A stretch of 64,000 nt of DNA. It comes from an uncultured Spirochaetota bacterium (GTDB lineage: Bacteria; Spirochaetota; Spirochaetia; SZUA-6; Fen-1364). The DNA is taken from contig CAVTHO010000008.1 in the NCBI GenBank assembly GCA_963734545.1, positions 768,001 to 832,000 of the forward strand. The letters are read 5' to 3'. The notes beneath the pieces were generated by a model, which made no database searches, had not been told where the DNA came from, and worked only from the letters and a program-made list of their open reading frames with translations. The position numbers were made by a program, and so were the translations under genes. Shown here piece by piece: positions 17,772 to 28,422 of the stretch (position 1 is the stretch's first letter; the number at the start of each line of letters is the position of its first letter).

Positions 17772-19582
17772 TATCCGCATTCCCCCGTATCGCAGAAGCT
17801 CCGGATCGCCCTCAGGAAATCTGCGCCAAAAGCGGCGAGCTTGCGATCCCCCACGCCCGGGCAGCGCAGGAGCCCCGCGGGATCCGTCGGCTGATCTTTC
17901 GCCATTGCGCGAAGCGTCTTGTCGCTGAAAACAATGTAGGGCGGGATGTCCCGGCTCTCCGCGATTCGCCTGCGAACCTGCTTGAGACAAAGAAAGAGCT
18001 CTTCCGGAGGCGCTGCCGGCGATGCGGGCGGGAGCGGCGCATCGGCGGCAGCGCCCCTGCCGGGTCCTGACGAGGCAAAGAAGCTCTCCTTTCCCCGCAG
18101 CAGGAGACGGCCCCTGTCAGAGAGGTGGAAGCCGGCCAGGCGGCCCTCGCCGCGGAGAAGGAAATCACCGGCCTCCAGCTCCTGGATCAGCGAGAGCCAC
18201 CACCGCTTGTCCCTGTCCCTGCCGATGCCGAATGTCGGCAGGGAGTGATGGCCCCTTTCCATGATCCTGTCCGTTGCATTGCCGATGAGGATGTCGGCCA
18301 GGTGGTGCGCGCCGAAACGCTCCCCCGTGCGCGCAGCGGCGGACAGCACCTTCATGGCAGCCACCGTCATGTCCTCGCGCGTGCTCTGCCCGGTGCACAC
18401 GTCGCAGCGGCCGCAGTTCCCGGGGTGCTGCTCGCCGAAATGGGCAAGAAGCGGGATGCGCCGGCACACCTGCGCGCCCACGTAGCGGAGGATCTCCCGA
18501 AGGCGTGCCTCGGCGCGCGCGCGTTCCTCGGGGGCTTCGATCTGCTGGATCTGCCAGCGAATGGACGCGATATCGGCCGGACCGTGGAAGAGCACGGTAT
18601 CCGCCTCTTCGCCGTCCCGGGCCGCGCGGCCGGTCTCCTGGTAGTACCCCTCCACGCTGCGGGGAAGATCGGCGTGCACCACCCATCGCACGTTTGATTT
18701 GTCGATGCCCATCCCGAAAGCAATCGTGGCCACCACGACAGTGGCCTCGTCCCTGACAAACGCCTCCTGCCGCAGGCGCCTGTCCTCGTCATCGATGCCG
18801 GCGTGATACGCGACCGCTCGAACGCCGTGTGCCGAAAGATACTGCGCCGTCTTCTCGACGGCCTTTCTCGTGCCGCGATAGACGATACCGGGCTCGCCCT
18901 CGTGCCTCCGGATGAACTCCCGCACCTGGTTTTCCCCGGTCCCCTCCTTCGCGGCAACCCTGTAGAAGATTTCAGGACGGTCGAAGCTCGCCCGGACCAC
19001 GAAGGGATTTCTGAGCCCCAGCAGCCGCACCACGTCCTCCTGAACCTGGCGGGTGGCCGTGGCAGTGAAGGCGGCGATGGGAACCGCGGGAAACTCCGCG
19101 CGCAGGAGGCCCAGCGCGCGGTAGTCGGGGCGGAACTCGTGGCCCCATTCCGATATGCAGTGCGCCTCGTCCACGGCGATCCCCGCGAGACCGAACCTTT
19201 TGAGCTGTCCCCTGAAGTCCGGAATCGAGAGGCGCTCCGGTGAGACGTAGAGCAGCCTGATGCGGCCGGCTGCCAGCTCCCGCCAGGCCGCGCGCGCCTC
19301 CTCCGCGGACAGGCTGCTGTTGAGGACGGCTGCGGGGATCCCGTTCTCCCGGGCCGCGTCCACCTGGTCCTTCATGAGCGCGATGAGAGGGCTCACCACG
19401 ATCGTGAGCCCCTGGCGCATGAGCGCGGGGAGCTGGTAGCAGAGCGACTTTCCGCCGCCCGTCGGCAGGGCGGCGAAGACGTCCTTCCCGTCCAGGGTGG
19501 CGCGGATGATGGTCTCCTGGTTGGCGCGAAAAGAGGAGAAGCCGAAGTAGTGCTTCAAGGCCGGCGTGAGCTCGGATGCCAC
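17771..19582 (-). CDS. recQ: DNA helicase RecQ
   Basis: PTGGGKSLCYQ, DEAHCISEWGHEFRP, YYQETGRAARDG, Zn-binding CRR..CGRCDVC, RQC and HRDC (PPYIVFSDKTL). Confidence 0.95.
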   Translation of the reverse strand: MASELTPALKHYFGFSSFRANQETIIRATLDGKDVFAALPTGGGKSLCYQLPALMRQGLTIVVSPLIALMKDQVDAARENGIPAAVLNSSLSAEEARAAWRELAAGRIRLLYVSPERLSIPDFRGQLKRFGLAGIAVDEAHCISEWGHEFRPDYRALGLLRAEFPAVPIAAFTATATRQVQEDVVRLLGLRNPFVVRASFDRPEIFYRVAAKEGTGENQVREFIRRHEGEPGIVYRGTRKAVEKTAQYLSAHGVRAVAYHAGIDDEDRRLRQEAFVRDEATVVVATIAFGMGIDKSNVRWVVHADLPRSVEGYYQETGRAARDGEEADTVLFHGPADIASIRWQIQQIEAPEERARAEARLREILRYVGAQVCRRIPLLAHFGEQHPGNCGRCDVCTGQSTREDMTVAAMKVLSAAARTGERFGAHHLADILIGNATDRIMERGHHSLPTFGIGRDRDKRWWLSLIQELEAGDFLLRGEGRLAGFHLSDRGRLLLRGKESFFASSGPGRGAAADAPLPPASPAAPPEELFLCLKQVRRRIAESRDIPPYIVFSDKTLRAMAKDQPTDPAGLLRCPGVGDRKLAAFGADFLRAIRSFCDTGECG

Positions 19583-19592
19583 CCGCGTCCCC

Positions 19593-21380
19593 CTACTCCC
19601 CGGCCCGCTCGGCGAGCTCCTGCCACCGGGCCATCTTTCTGTCCAGTTGTGCCACCACCTCGCGATAGCGGGTATGACGCCGGCCGACCGCGGCCGCATC
19701 CTGCACAGGCTTCTGAAACTCGGCTTCCAGCTCGCGCTGTTCCCCCTCGAGGGACGTGATCTCTTCCAGGAGTGCCCGATACTCCTGCCGCTCCTTGAAC
19801 GAAAGCTCGGCTTTCTCCCGCCGGTTCGGCCGCGTCCTCGCGCCGCCCGGGGCCGCGCGCGCAAGAAGGGCCTGCTCTTCGGCGCGGGCTTGCGCATTTC
19901 TTTCGGCGCGCGCATCGCGGTATTCCTCGTAGTTTCCCGTGAACCCGCGGATGCCGCCGTTGCCGTCGAATATGAAAAGGTAGTCAGTGAGCCTGTCCAG
20001 CATGGCCCTGTCGTGGGAGACGATCATCATGCATCCTGAAAAATCGAGAAGGTAGTTCTCCAGGAGCCTGATCGTATCGAGGTCCAGGTCATTCGTCGGC
20101 TCGTCCAGCAGGAGGAAGTTCGGGGCCGTGGCGAGCAGGCGGACGAAATACAGCCGGCGGAACTCTCCGCCTGACAGCCTCTCCAGGGGCAGGGCCTGCA
20201 TCTCCCGGGGGAAGAGAAACCGCTCCAGGAATTGTTCCGCGGAGACCGACGCTCCCTGCTCAACCGGCACGCGCTCGCCGAGCTCCCTGACGTATTCCAG
20301 GACGGAGAGCTTTCCGTTGCTGAAGCCGCCCCTCTGACTGAAGGTGGCGAACACGGTGGTTTCGCCCTTGATCACGGTCCCTGCATCCGGAATGACCGCC
20401 TGGGAAACGAGATCGAGGAACGTCGTCTTGCCCGAGCCGTTGGGACCGATGATGCCGATGCGCTCCCCGCGCCTGAAGCTGTAGGTGAAAGGCCTGATGA
20501 CCTCCTTCCCCCCGTAGCTTTTCGCAATACCGTGCAGCTCGAGAACCTTCTTGCCCAATCTCCTGTGCGTGGAGGAGAACTGCCGCAGGTCGTTCTCTTT
20601 CTGCAGGCCCGTGTCCAGAAGGTCCTGGATCCTTCCCTTGCGTCCCTTGTCCTTGCCCGTCCGGGCGCGCGGTCCCCGCTTCAGCCATTCCAGCTCGCCC
20701 CGCAGGATCGAGGTCCTGCGCTGTTCGGCCCGCTCGAGCGCCTCGGCCCGTTCCGCTTTGCGCTCCAGGTACTCCGAGTAGTTGCCGGGGTACTTGTAGA
20801 CCCGGCGCGCGTCGATTTCCAGGATGGCCGTGCACACCGCATCCAGGAAATAGCGATCGTGCGTGACCAGCAGGAAGCCGAACGAGGCGTTTTTCAGGAC
20901 ATTTTCCAGCCACTCTATCGTATCCAGATCCAGGTGGTTGGTGGGCTCGTCGAGCGTCAGGAAGCCGGCGCCGAACGCCAGACAGCGGGCAAGAGAGACC
21001 TTGCGCACCATTCCGCCGGAAAGCGTTCCCATGGCAGCGGAGCTGTCCGCAAGGCCGAGCTCCCGGCAGAAGGAACGGAAACGAAAGAGGAGGGGGGACC
21101 CTTCCTCGGCGTGTCCTCCGAGGAACTCGTCGATCGTCATTTCCGGGGCGAACCGGGGCGTCTGCTCGAGCGCGCTGAGAGTGAGATCCCTGTTCCTCGA
21201 AACGCTGCCTGCGTCCGGTTCGATCTCGCCGTGCAGGATCCCCAGAAAGGTGGATTTGCCGGAGCCATTCCTGCCGATGAAGCCGATTTTCTCTCCGGCA
21301 TCGATGCCGACGGTCACCTGCTCGAAGAGGGGGGCGTCACCGAGGGTCTTGCTCACCCCGGCGAATGAGATGATGTTCAT
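19593..21380 (-). CDS. ABC-F family ATPase (Uup/YfmR-like)
   Basis: Two ABC cassettes (GRNGSGKST, LSGG, DEPTNHLD; GPNGSGKT, DEPTNDLD), no TM segments, C-terminal KLSFKE-type tail. Confidence 0.92.
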   Translation of the reverse strand: MNIISFAGVSKTLGDAPLFEQVTVGIDAGEKIGFIGRNGSGKSTFLGILHGEIEPDAGSVSRNRDLTLSALEQTPRFAPEMTIDEFLGGHAEEGSPLLFRFRSFCRELGLADSSAAMGTLSGGMVRKVSLARCLAFGAGFLTLDEPTNHLDLDTIEWLENVLKNASFGFLLVTHDRYFLDAVCTAILEIDARRVYKYPGNYSEYLERKAERAEALERAEQRRTSILRGELEWLKRGPRARTGKDKGRKGRIQDLLDTGLQKENDLRQFSSTHRRLGKKVLELHGIAKSYGGKEVIRPFTYSFRRGERIGIIGPNGSGKTTFLDLVSQAVIPDAGTVIKGETTVFATFSQRGGFSNGKLSVLEYVRELGERVPVEQGASVSAEQFLERFLFPREMQALPLERLSGGEFRRLYFVRLLATAPNFLLLDEPTNDLDLDTIRLLENYLLDFSGCMMIVSHDRAMLDRLTDYLFIFDGNGGIRGFTGNYEEYRDARAERNAQARAEEQALLARAAPGGARTRPNRREKAELSFKERQEYRALLEEITSLEGEQRELEAEFQKPVQDAAAVGRRHTRYREVVAQLDRKMARWQELAERAGE

Positions 21381-21389
21381 CGGCGGGAA

Positions 21390-22720
21390 TTATGCCGTTC
21401 CAAGGTTCTTCAGGAAGATGCGCGATTTTCGCTGCAGGTTGTAGGAAAGCCGCTTCTTCTCCGGAAGGTTCGACGGGTCGGATTCCACGAAGCCGAGCTT
21501 CTCGAACCAGTCCGCGGTCTGCGTGGTCAGGACGAAGACGGATGACATGCCCTTGCGGCGGGCCCGTTCGCACAGGAACTCCACCAGCTTGGGTCCCACT
21601 CCCAGATGGAGATAGTGATCGTCCACGGCGATGCCGGCGATTTCCCCCGTGCGCGTCGGGAAACTCGTGCAGCGCGGCACAGGCATGCACCGAGTCGTCC
21701 ACCTCGAACACGATGAAGTCCTGCCACGTGTCCTCGAGCTGAGCCTCCGTCCGGGGCAGAAGGATGCCGCGCTCCACGAACGGGCGCATGATGCGCAGCA
21801 CGTCGGAGATGTCATTGAGGGTCATGGGCCGAATACCGCCGTAGCGGTTGGAATAGACCATCGTGCCGGATCCGAGATTGGAGAATGTCTCCTTGAGGAT
21901 CACCCCCTCGTTGCGTCCGTCCAGAATGTGCACGCGCTCCACACCGGCATCACACGCGCGGCGGGCGCGGTGCAGCAGCTCGAGGTCACTCTCCCGTCCC
22001 GGATTGACCGCAAAGAACCGGTCGAGATCGGCCAGGCTGAAATTGGCCAGCCTCCCTCCGGGAGCCACTGACACGGTATCAGGGACCTTGAAGGAGTCGG
22101 GCTTCGTAGCCGTCACGAGAGGTGATGAAGAACAGCTTCTCCGCGCCCAGCGTCGTGGCCACCACCACGGCCAGCTCGTTGGAGGATATGTTGTACGGCT
22201 TACCCGTCGAGCTCCAGCCGATGCAGGGGAATATGGGGATCACGCCGTCATCCATGACCTTGCGCACCGTGTCGACGCGCACGCTCTCCACCACGCCGGC
22301 GCTCTGGTAGTCGACGCCGTCGATGACGCCAATGCCCCGTGCCCTGACCCAGTTTCCGATCACTGCCGTGATGCCGTTGGCGGAGAGCATCGTCATGACC
22401 CGGTTGGACACGTCGAAGGCCGCCATCTTGATGAAGGGGATGGCCTGCTCACTGGTGACCCGGATTCCCCTGATCAGCTCGTAGGGCACGGCGTACGTGG
22501 CGAGGACTTCGTCGATCCTTTCCTTGGCGCTCGGCGCAATGGCGATGCGGATACCCGCCTCGTGCAGCATGGCGAGGTCCTTCACGAGCACGGAGAACAG
22601 GGAATCATTCACCACGGTGTAGTCGATCTTGACCACGAAGGTCGTGCCGCGGAACTGCTTCAGGTAGCTGAAGACCTCGCGGATCGTGTCCACGTGCTCG
22701 CGGAGACGTTCGTGCTCCAT
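21390..22720 (-). CDS. argA: Amino-acid N-acetyltransferase (N-acetylglutamate synthase), with two +1 frameshifts (~22100, ~21646)
   Basis: Kinase-like domain (FRGTTFVVKID, DGVDYQSAG, GVERVHILDG, ETFSNLGSGT) and GNAT domain (GILLPRT, FVLTTQTADWF..GF, YN..RKSR) across three frames. Confidence 0.88.
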
Positions 22721-22726
22721 GCCCCG

Positions 22727-22755
22727 AGGGTAGCGGGCCGTGTCGGGGTCGTCAA
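22727..22755 (-). promoter_or_regulatory. sigma70-like promoter directly abutting the argA start (leaderless-type)
   Basis: TTGACG-17-TACCCT-6 nt-ATG, no SD. Confidence 0.65.
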
Positions 22756-22762
22756 TGGTGGC

Positions 22763-23476
22763 CTATGCCTTTTCGGCGTAGAACTCGGGATACAGCTCCC
22801 GGGCGCACTCAGGGCACACGCTGTGGCTCAGCACCAGCTCCGAATGGTCCTTCAGGTACGCCTCGACCTGGTTCCAGTACCCCTTGTCGTCCCGAACCTT
22901 TTTGCATGACGAGCAGATGGGAAGAAACCCGCTGAGCGTCTTTACATTGCTGAGCGCCGACTGCAGCTCCGCCGTGCGCGCTTTCACCAGCTCCTCGAGC
23001 CGCTCCTTGTGCAGCGTCAGCTCCTCTTGGGCTTTCTTCAGCTCGGTGACGTCTTCGGAGATATAGATGGCACCGGTGATCTCGTTGCCGCGCTTCAGAG
23101 GCACGCCTCTCACATTGAAATAACCGTCTCCTCCACCTGAAACATTCGGAAAGTGGACTCCCCCCTTCTCGAAAGGAATCCCGCGGAGCACATCCTCGAA
23201 CTGGCGGGCGATACCGGCGGCGATGAGGCTCGGCCGTGACGCAAGAGAGCGGCCCAGGTAGTCTGCTTTCGTCCTCTTCCCTCTGCCCATATGAACTATG
23301 TGGAAGGGATTCACATCCGTGATCAGACCGTCTTTATCCACAACATACAGCGAAACGGGCAGCGCCTCGAAAAGTCTTCTGAAACGCTCTTCGTTGTCCC
23401 GGATCTCGAGATTCTCCTGCCTGAGCCTCGCGTTTTCCAGCTCGAGCGCTCGTACCCGGGCTTTCATACCAAACAT
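22763..23476 (-). CDS. PAS-domain protein with C-terminal Cys-rich (PICSSCKK...HSVCPEC) module
   Basis: EERFRRLFE..PAS..DVTE, coiled coil, LSGFLPICSSCKKVRDDKGYW. Confidence 0.85.
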   Translation of the reverse strand: MFGMKARVRALELENARLRQENLEIRDNEERFRRLFEALPVSLYVVDKDGLITDVNPFHIVHMGRGKRTKADYLGRSLASRPSLIAAGIARQFEDVLRGIPFEKGGVHFPNVSGGGDGYFNVRGVPLKRGNEITGAIYISEDVTELKKAQEELTLHKERLEELVKARTAELQSALSNVKTLSGFLPICSSCKKVRDDKGYWNQVEAYLKDHSELVLSHSVCPECARELYPEFYAEKA

Positions 23477-23593
23477 GACTGTGACCTTCCTATGGGGGAT
23501 TCCAAGGAGAGTATACACCATTTTCTCTATTTTATCAAAAATATTGGGGACGGCGGATGGAGGCCTGCTCTCAGCCCGGCCCGGCGCCCTTCT

Positions 23594-24514
23594 TCATGCT
23601 TCCGAGGAGATATGCCGTCTACTGCGCAGCTCGACCAGTGCCACGGTCAGTGCAAACAGCAATGTGGAGAAGGCCACGGCCGGAACAGCGATGTCACCGG
23701 CAGCAGTCACGAGCCACGGCCAGTGAGGATCGGCATTGATCAGGCCGATGATCGTCAGATTGTAGATGCAGTGGGCGGTCATTGAGGCGTAGAGTGTCCC
23801 GCACCGGTCGAAAAGGTAGCCCAGGTAGAAGCCGACGAACGACAGGGCGGCGATGGACAGAGGACTCATGTGAAAGAGGGCGAAGAGAACGCCTTGAATC
23901 AGAATCGTGATCGGCACGGACAACCGGCGCCGAAGAGTCCCCTGCAGCCACCCGCGAAAGAGGACCTCTTCACAGATGGCGGGGGTGATCGCAACAGCCC
24001 CTATCACGAGCACGAGCTGGCCGGGGGACCTGATTGCCAGGAGCGACACTCCGCCGCCGCGGAGCTCGCGCAGGATGGGGAACAGGACATACGACCAGCT
24101 GTCCAGGAGCTGGGCCAGGGGCACGACGGTCACCGCGCCCACAACGGCCAGAACGAGGTCGAGGGCCGCCGGCCGGGCATAGGCGAGATAGCGCGCGGGC
24201 CGGCTGCTGTGCCATCTTCGGACGAGCAGGAACGTGAGGCCGAAGAACACGGCGAACTCCGCGACTGCCGTGACAAGGAGGATGGGGACCTGGAACCTGT
24301 CGTAGTATCCCTTGATGATTTCTATGAAGTTGTCCGTCCTCATCCAGGAGCGATCCTGGGCAGTGGCCACGGCAACAGTGATGGAAAGGCTCAGGCTCCC
24401 GAGCGTGGAATACAGGGCGCCGCAGAGCAGGATGCCGGCAAAGCCGGCGGCCAGAGGATTGCGGCCCGGTCGTTCCCAGGACCCGTCGAGGACGCTGACT
24501 TCCCGCCGGCTCAC
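23594..24514 (-). CDS. CPBP/Abi family intramembrane metalloprotease
   Basis: EEVLFRG, FALFH, HCIYN; GTGA overlap with upstream gene. Confidence 0.88.
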   Translation of the reverse strand: MSRREVSVLDGSWERPGRNPLAAGFAGILLCGALYSTLGSLSLSITVAVATAQDRSWMRTDNFIEIIKGYYDRFQVPILLVTAVAEFAVFFGLTFLLVRRWHSSRPARYLAYARPAALDLVLAVVGAVTVVPLAQLLDSWSYVLFPILRELRGGGVSLLAIRSPGQLVLVIGAVAITPAICEEVLFRGWLQGTLRRRLSVPITILIQGVLFALFHMSPLSIAALSFVGFYLGYLFDRCGTLYASMTAHCIYNLTIIGLINADPHWPWLVTAAGDIAVPAVAFSTLLFALTVALVELRSRRHISSEA

Positions 24515-25509
24515 TGCGGCTCCTGCAAAGCGCTGGACGGATCCTGCGCGGGGCTGGACGGATCCTGCGCGGGAACAGCCGGCGCGACTGCCGGCTCGTG
24601 CCGCTTCTTGAGCTCCAGGAACAAAAGAGTCATGAAAACAGGGGTCACAAAGCTCCCGAGCAGGCTGCTCACGTACTGGAAGAGCCCCATCCTCCTCCCC
24701 ATGTCCGCGAGCAGGCTCAGGAGCAGCCTGTTGCTCCCTTCCGTGCCGGAGGCGCCCCGGAGGAGCACCTCGATGAACTGGACGTATCTGCGCAGCCCTG
24801 AAAAAAGCACGATCGGCGTGGCAATGAGCGAAGAGGCGAAGCTCACCATGAGGCCGAAAAGGAGCACGTACCCGAAGACGCGCCACCAATTCCCGTGAAC
24901 GACCGACGTGCTGCGATTGAAGCTCTCCTCGATCTTTGCCCCGTCGATCACGAGGGATTCGAGCGTGACGGCAAAACGAACGGAGAGCCAGATTGTCAGG
25001 GCCAGCGCGGCGCAGCCGAGCAGCCCGCCCAGAAGGAGGGCGACGAGCGTCGCGTTCAATGCGGCGGCCACCGCGGCTGCCGCCCCTGCCGCCGTTGCCG
25101 CCGCGCCGAATGTGACCGAAAGAATCGTGAGCTGGAGAGCCCTCTGGCCGATGAGCCTGCCGTACTTCTTCCCGATCACATGGATGATGACCCGGGGGCT
25201 GGACGCGTCTTCACCCCGTGCGGCCCGGCCAGCGTGCTCGGTGACGCATGCCCGCACCAGAAGCTGAACCAGCCCCTGCGCAAGAACCGCGATCACGAGC
25301 CAGAGATACGCCACGCCGACAGTGGCCAGAACAAGCGTCGGATTGTCTCCCGTCATGCCGCCGACCCTGCCGAAAACGTCGAAGAGACGGCCGTAGGCCC
25401 AGCCTATCAGATAGGAGGTGGGGACGAAGAGAACGCCCCCCAGGATGAGCGTCGTCACCCACGTGCGGGACACGATGTGGAACATGCGATCCAGCAGCTC
25501 GGCGAACAT
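24511..25509 (-). CDS. Multi-pass membrane protein of unknown function
   Basis: Hydrophobic helices, RS..VHGNWWRVFG motif; C-terminal 21-bp tandem repeat (24532-24573). Confidence 0.75.
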   Translation of the reverse strand: MFAELLDRMFHIVSRTWVTTLILGGVLFVPTSYLIGWAYGRLFDVFGRVGGMTGDNPTLVLATVGVAYLWLVIAVLAQGLVQLLVRACVTEHAGRAARGEDASSPRVIIHVIGKKYGRLIGQRALQLTILSVTFGAAATAAGAAAAVAAALNATLVALLLGGLLGCAALALTIWLSVRFAVTLESLVIDGAKIEESFNRSTSVVHGNWWRVFGYVLLFGLMVSFASSLIATPIVLFSGLRRYVQFIEVLLRGASGTEGSNRLLLSLLADMGRRMGLFQYVSSLLGSFVTPVFMTLLFLELKKRHEPAVAPAVPAQDPSSPAQDPSSALQEPQ

Positions 25510-25522
25510 CCTGATCACTATA

Positions 25523-25620
25523 TCAGAGAATGGTGATTGGAGCGAGCATCACGCACTCGAAAGGCTGGAGCTCGATCGTGCCCGCACCGAGACCGCGGAC
25601 TTCCACCATTCAACGGGCAT
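25523..25620 (-). pseudogene. Collapsed remnant of a GH13 alpha-glucosidase-like gene (N- and C-termini only)
   Basis: ATG-led MPVEWWKSAV joined out of frame to GAGTIELQPFECVMLAPITIL-stop. Confidence 0.6.
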
Positions 25621-25660
25621 GGCGACACGATTATGCAACAATGATAGTGTGTGGCGAGAG

Positions 25661-27572
25661 ATGACTCTGAATCCCGCACACCGCCTCGAGAAGAACCGCG
25701 ACGGGCTGGTTACCACGCTGCTTTCGGTGCTCCGCGACATGGCATCCGACAACAGGTACGCGCTGCATCCGCGGCGTCTCGAGCAGCTCGGCCGCGGGAT
25801 GGCAGAGGATCTGCTCGGCTTTCTCTCCTCACCCGACGTGCCGGGCGCGTTCGCTGCCGGCCGGAAGCTGGCCCAGGAAGGCCTGGGGGAAAAACCGCTT
25901 CTTGCCCTCATGTCCCGCATCAGGACCTTTTCCCGGGCGGAGATCGGCTCCGACTCGCCCGCCGCGCTGGACCTCGTCGAGTCATTCACCTCCTCCGTCG
26001 TGGAAGGTTTTATCCGGGCCCGGGAGGAGCAGATCCTTTCGGACCAGGAGCTCGAGCTCCGCATCAAGAATCACGCGATCAACGCGGCCCCTGAAGGCCT
26101 CATGCTCGCCGACCTGGAGGGCAGGATTTCCCATGTGAATTCCTCCTTCCTCTCCCTGTGGGGCTTCGACTCCGCTGAAGAAGTAGTGGGCGCGCACATC
26201 AGCGATTTCCTGACCGGTGAAGAAGCGCGAAGCATCCTCGAAGTCCTCACCCGCACCGGGGGATGGAGGGGCGAGCTGGCCGTGCGCCGCAGGGACCACA
26301 GCAGCCTCACCGTGGAGCTCTCCGCGTCAATGATCAAGGACGAGCAGGGCCGTGCCACCGGTATCATGACCTCGTTCATAGATGTCACGGAAAGGAAGCG
26401 CCTGCAGACGCAGGTCCTCCAGGCCCAGAAGATGGACGCGCTCGGGCTTCTTGCCGGGGGGATCGCCCATGACTTCAACAATCTTCTGACGGCAATCAGC
26501 GCGAACCTGCAGCTCCTCCTTCTCGATGCCCCGAAAGAAACCGAAATGTACCACGACCTCATGCAGATCATGTCCACGGTGGAGAGGGGGACGGCCCTGA
26601 CGCGGCAGCTCGGGTTCTTCACCCGTCAGGCCACCGGAAAACGCCAGATCATTTCACTCAACGACGTGGTCAAGGAAACCTGGGAGATCTTCAAGCACAC
26701 CTTCCCGCCTGAAATCGCCATTCAGCTCTCCCTGGCTCCTTCCCCGTGGACCATCGACGCGGACCCCAACCAGATCAGCCAGGTCCTCGTGAACCTCTGC
26801 GTGAACGCGCGCGACGCCATGATGGATGCGCCCGCCGGGCCGGCCGGCCGCACGATCATGATCGAGACCGCGAACGTCGAGCTGCGCGACGAGGAGGTGG
26901 CGCGTTTTGCCGGGGCCCGGCCCGGCACGCTACGTGCGCCTCACGGTGCGTGACACGGGGGTCGGGATGTCACCCGAGCTCCTCGCGCGCCTGTTCATAC
27001 CTTTCGTCACCACCAAGGGCGCGCGAAGGGGCACCGGCCTCGGCCTGGCGGTGGTGTATGGGATCGTGGCGAGCCATCAGGGCTTCACCGACGTGCAGAG
27101 CGAGCCGGGCAAGGGATCCACATTCCAGATTTTTCTCCCGATGACGGAGCGCCGCGAGGAGTCGCCGGTCGAAAACGCGCCGGCCCCGGCGCTCGTGCAC
27201 GGCCAGGGAAAGATCCTCGTCGTGGATGACGAGCCCCAGGTGCGCGAGGTGATCTCCCGGGTGCTCGTGAGCTGCGGGTACACGGTGCTCACCGCGGAGG
27301 ACGGGCGGGATGCGCTTGTCCGGTTCGGCGACGGCAGTGGAATCGACCTCGTCGTTCTCGACATGGTGATGCCCGAGATGGGGGGACGGGAGTGTCTGGC
27401 CCGTCTGCGGAAAGCGAACGCCGCGGTGCGCGTCGTCATTGCCACCGGCTACACCAGCGACGGCTCGGCGCAGGAGCTCCTCGGCGAGGGGGCCCTGGCA
27501 ATCGTCGAAAAACCCCTTGATATCGCCGCATTCGCCGGCATCGTACAGACAATCCTCGGAAAGGAGGCGTAG
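25661..27572 (+). CDS. Hybrid sensor histidine kinase (PAS-HisKA-HATPase-REC), with a +1 frameshift at ~26927
   Basis: AGGIAHDFNNLL, QVLVNLCVNARDAM, RDTGVGM, GTGLGL, LVVDDE, LDMVMP. Confidence 0.88.
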
Positions 27573-27579
27573 GCCTGCC

Positions 27580-28419
27580 ATGAGCATAAAGAGAATCATC
27601 GTGACCGGAGGGAGCGGCAAAGCGGGAAGGGCCCTGGTGCGTGACCTGGTCGAGCGGAAGTACGAGGTGCTCAACCTCGACCTCACACCGCCTGCGGAGA
27701 AGCTTTGTCCCTTTCTCAAGGTCGATCTGACAAAACTCGGGGAGGTCTTCGAGGCGCTTCAGGGTTTCGACGGAATCATCCACCTGGCGGCCATCCCGGC
27801 CCCGGGCCTCTTCCCGGAAGAGGTGACCTTCCGGACGAACATGGAGAGCACCTTCAACGTGTTTCACGCCGCCACGTCCCTGGGCCTGAAAAGAATCGTG
27901 TGGGCATCGAGTGAAACGACCCTCGGACTGCCGTTCGAGAAGGAGCAGCCGTCCTACGCTCCCATCGACGAGAGTCATCCGCTCTACCCTCAATCGAGCT
28001 ACGCATTGTCCAAGGTGCTGAGCGAGGAGATGGCGCGGCAATTCAATCGCAGGACCGCAACACCCATCGTGGGATTGCGGTTCTCCAACATCATGGAGCC
28101 GCAGGACTACGCCGCGTTCCCGTCGTACTGGAAGGATTCCGCCCTGCGGAAGTGGAACCTCTGGGGGTACGTGGACGCGCGCGATGTCGCGCAGGGGTGC
28201 CGCCTGGCCCTGGAGCGCCCGCTGGATGGCGCGCCGGTCTTCATCCTCGCTGCGGCCGACACGGTCATGGACCGGCCCAGCCGGCAGCTGATGGCGGAGC
28301 AGTACCGCCAGGTGCCCGTGCGCGACGTCGGAGAGTTCGAGACGCTCCTTTCCATCGGCAGGGCCCGGGCGAGCCTCGGGTACGCGCCCCGCTTCTCCTG
28401 GCGCACCGAGCTCCGGTAG
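27580..28419 (+). CDS. NAD-dependent epimerase/dehydratase family oxidoreductase
   Basis: TGGSGKAG, HLAAIP, ASSE, YALSK. Confidence 0.9.
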   Translation: MSIKRIIVTGGSGKAGRALVRDLVERKYEVLNLDLTPPAEKLCPFLKVDLTKLGEVFEALQGFDGIIHLAAIPAPGLFPEEVTFRTNMESTFNVFHAATSLGLKRIVWASSETTLGLPFEKEQPSYAPIDESHPLYPQSSYALSKVLSEEMARQFNRRTATPIVGLRFSNIMEPQDYAAFPSYWKDSALRKWNLWGYVDARDVAQGCRLALERPLDGAPVFILAAADTVMDRPSRQLMAEQYRQVPVRDVGEFETLLSIGRARASLGYAPRFSWRTELR

Positions 28420-28422
28420 GTC

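Noticed and set aside
17771-19915. Extended N-termini in the ORF track (recQ, proC, permeases, etfA, Nif3, G1PDH and others)
   Set aside because: The extensions overlap neighbouring genes; downstream starts match family N-termini, RBSs or coupled stops.
24532-24573. 21-bp tandem duplication as a functional element
   Set aside because: In-frame duplication in a low-complexity C-terminal tail; most simply a neutral slippage event.
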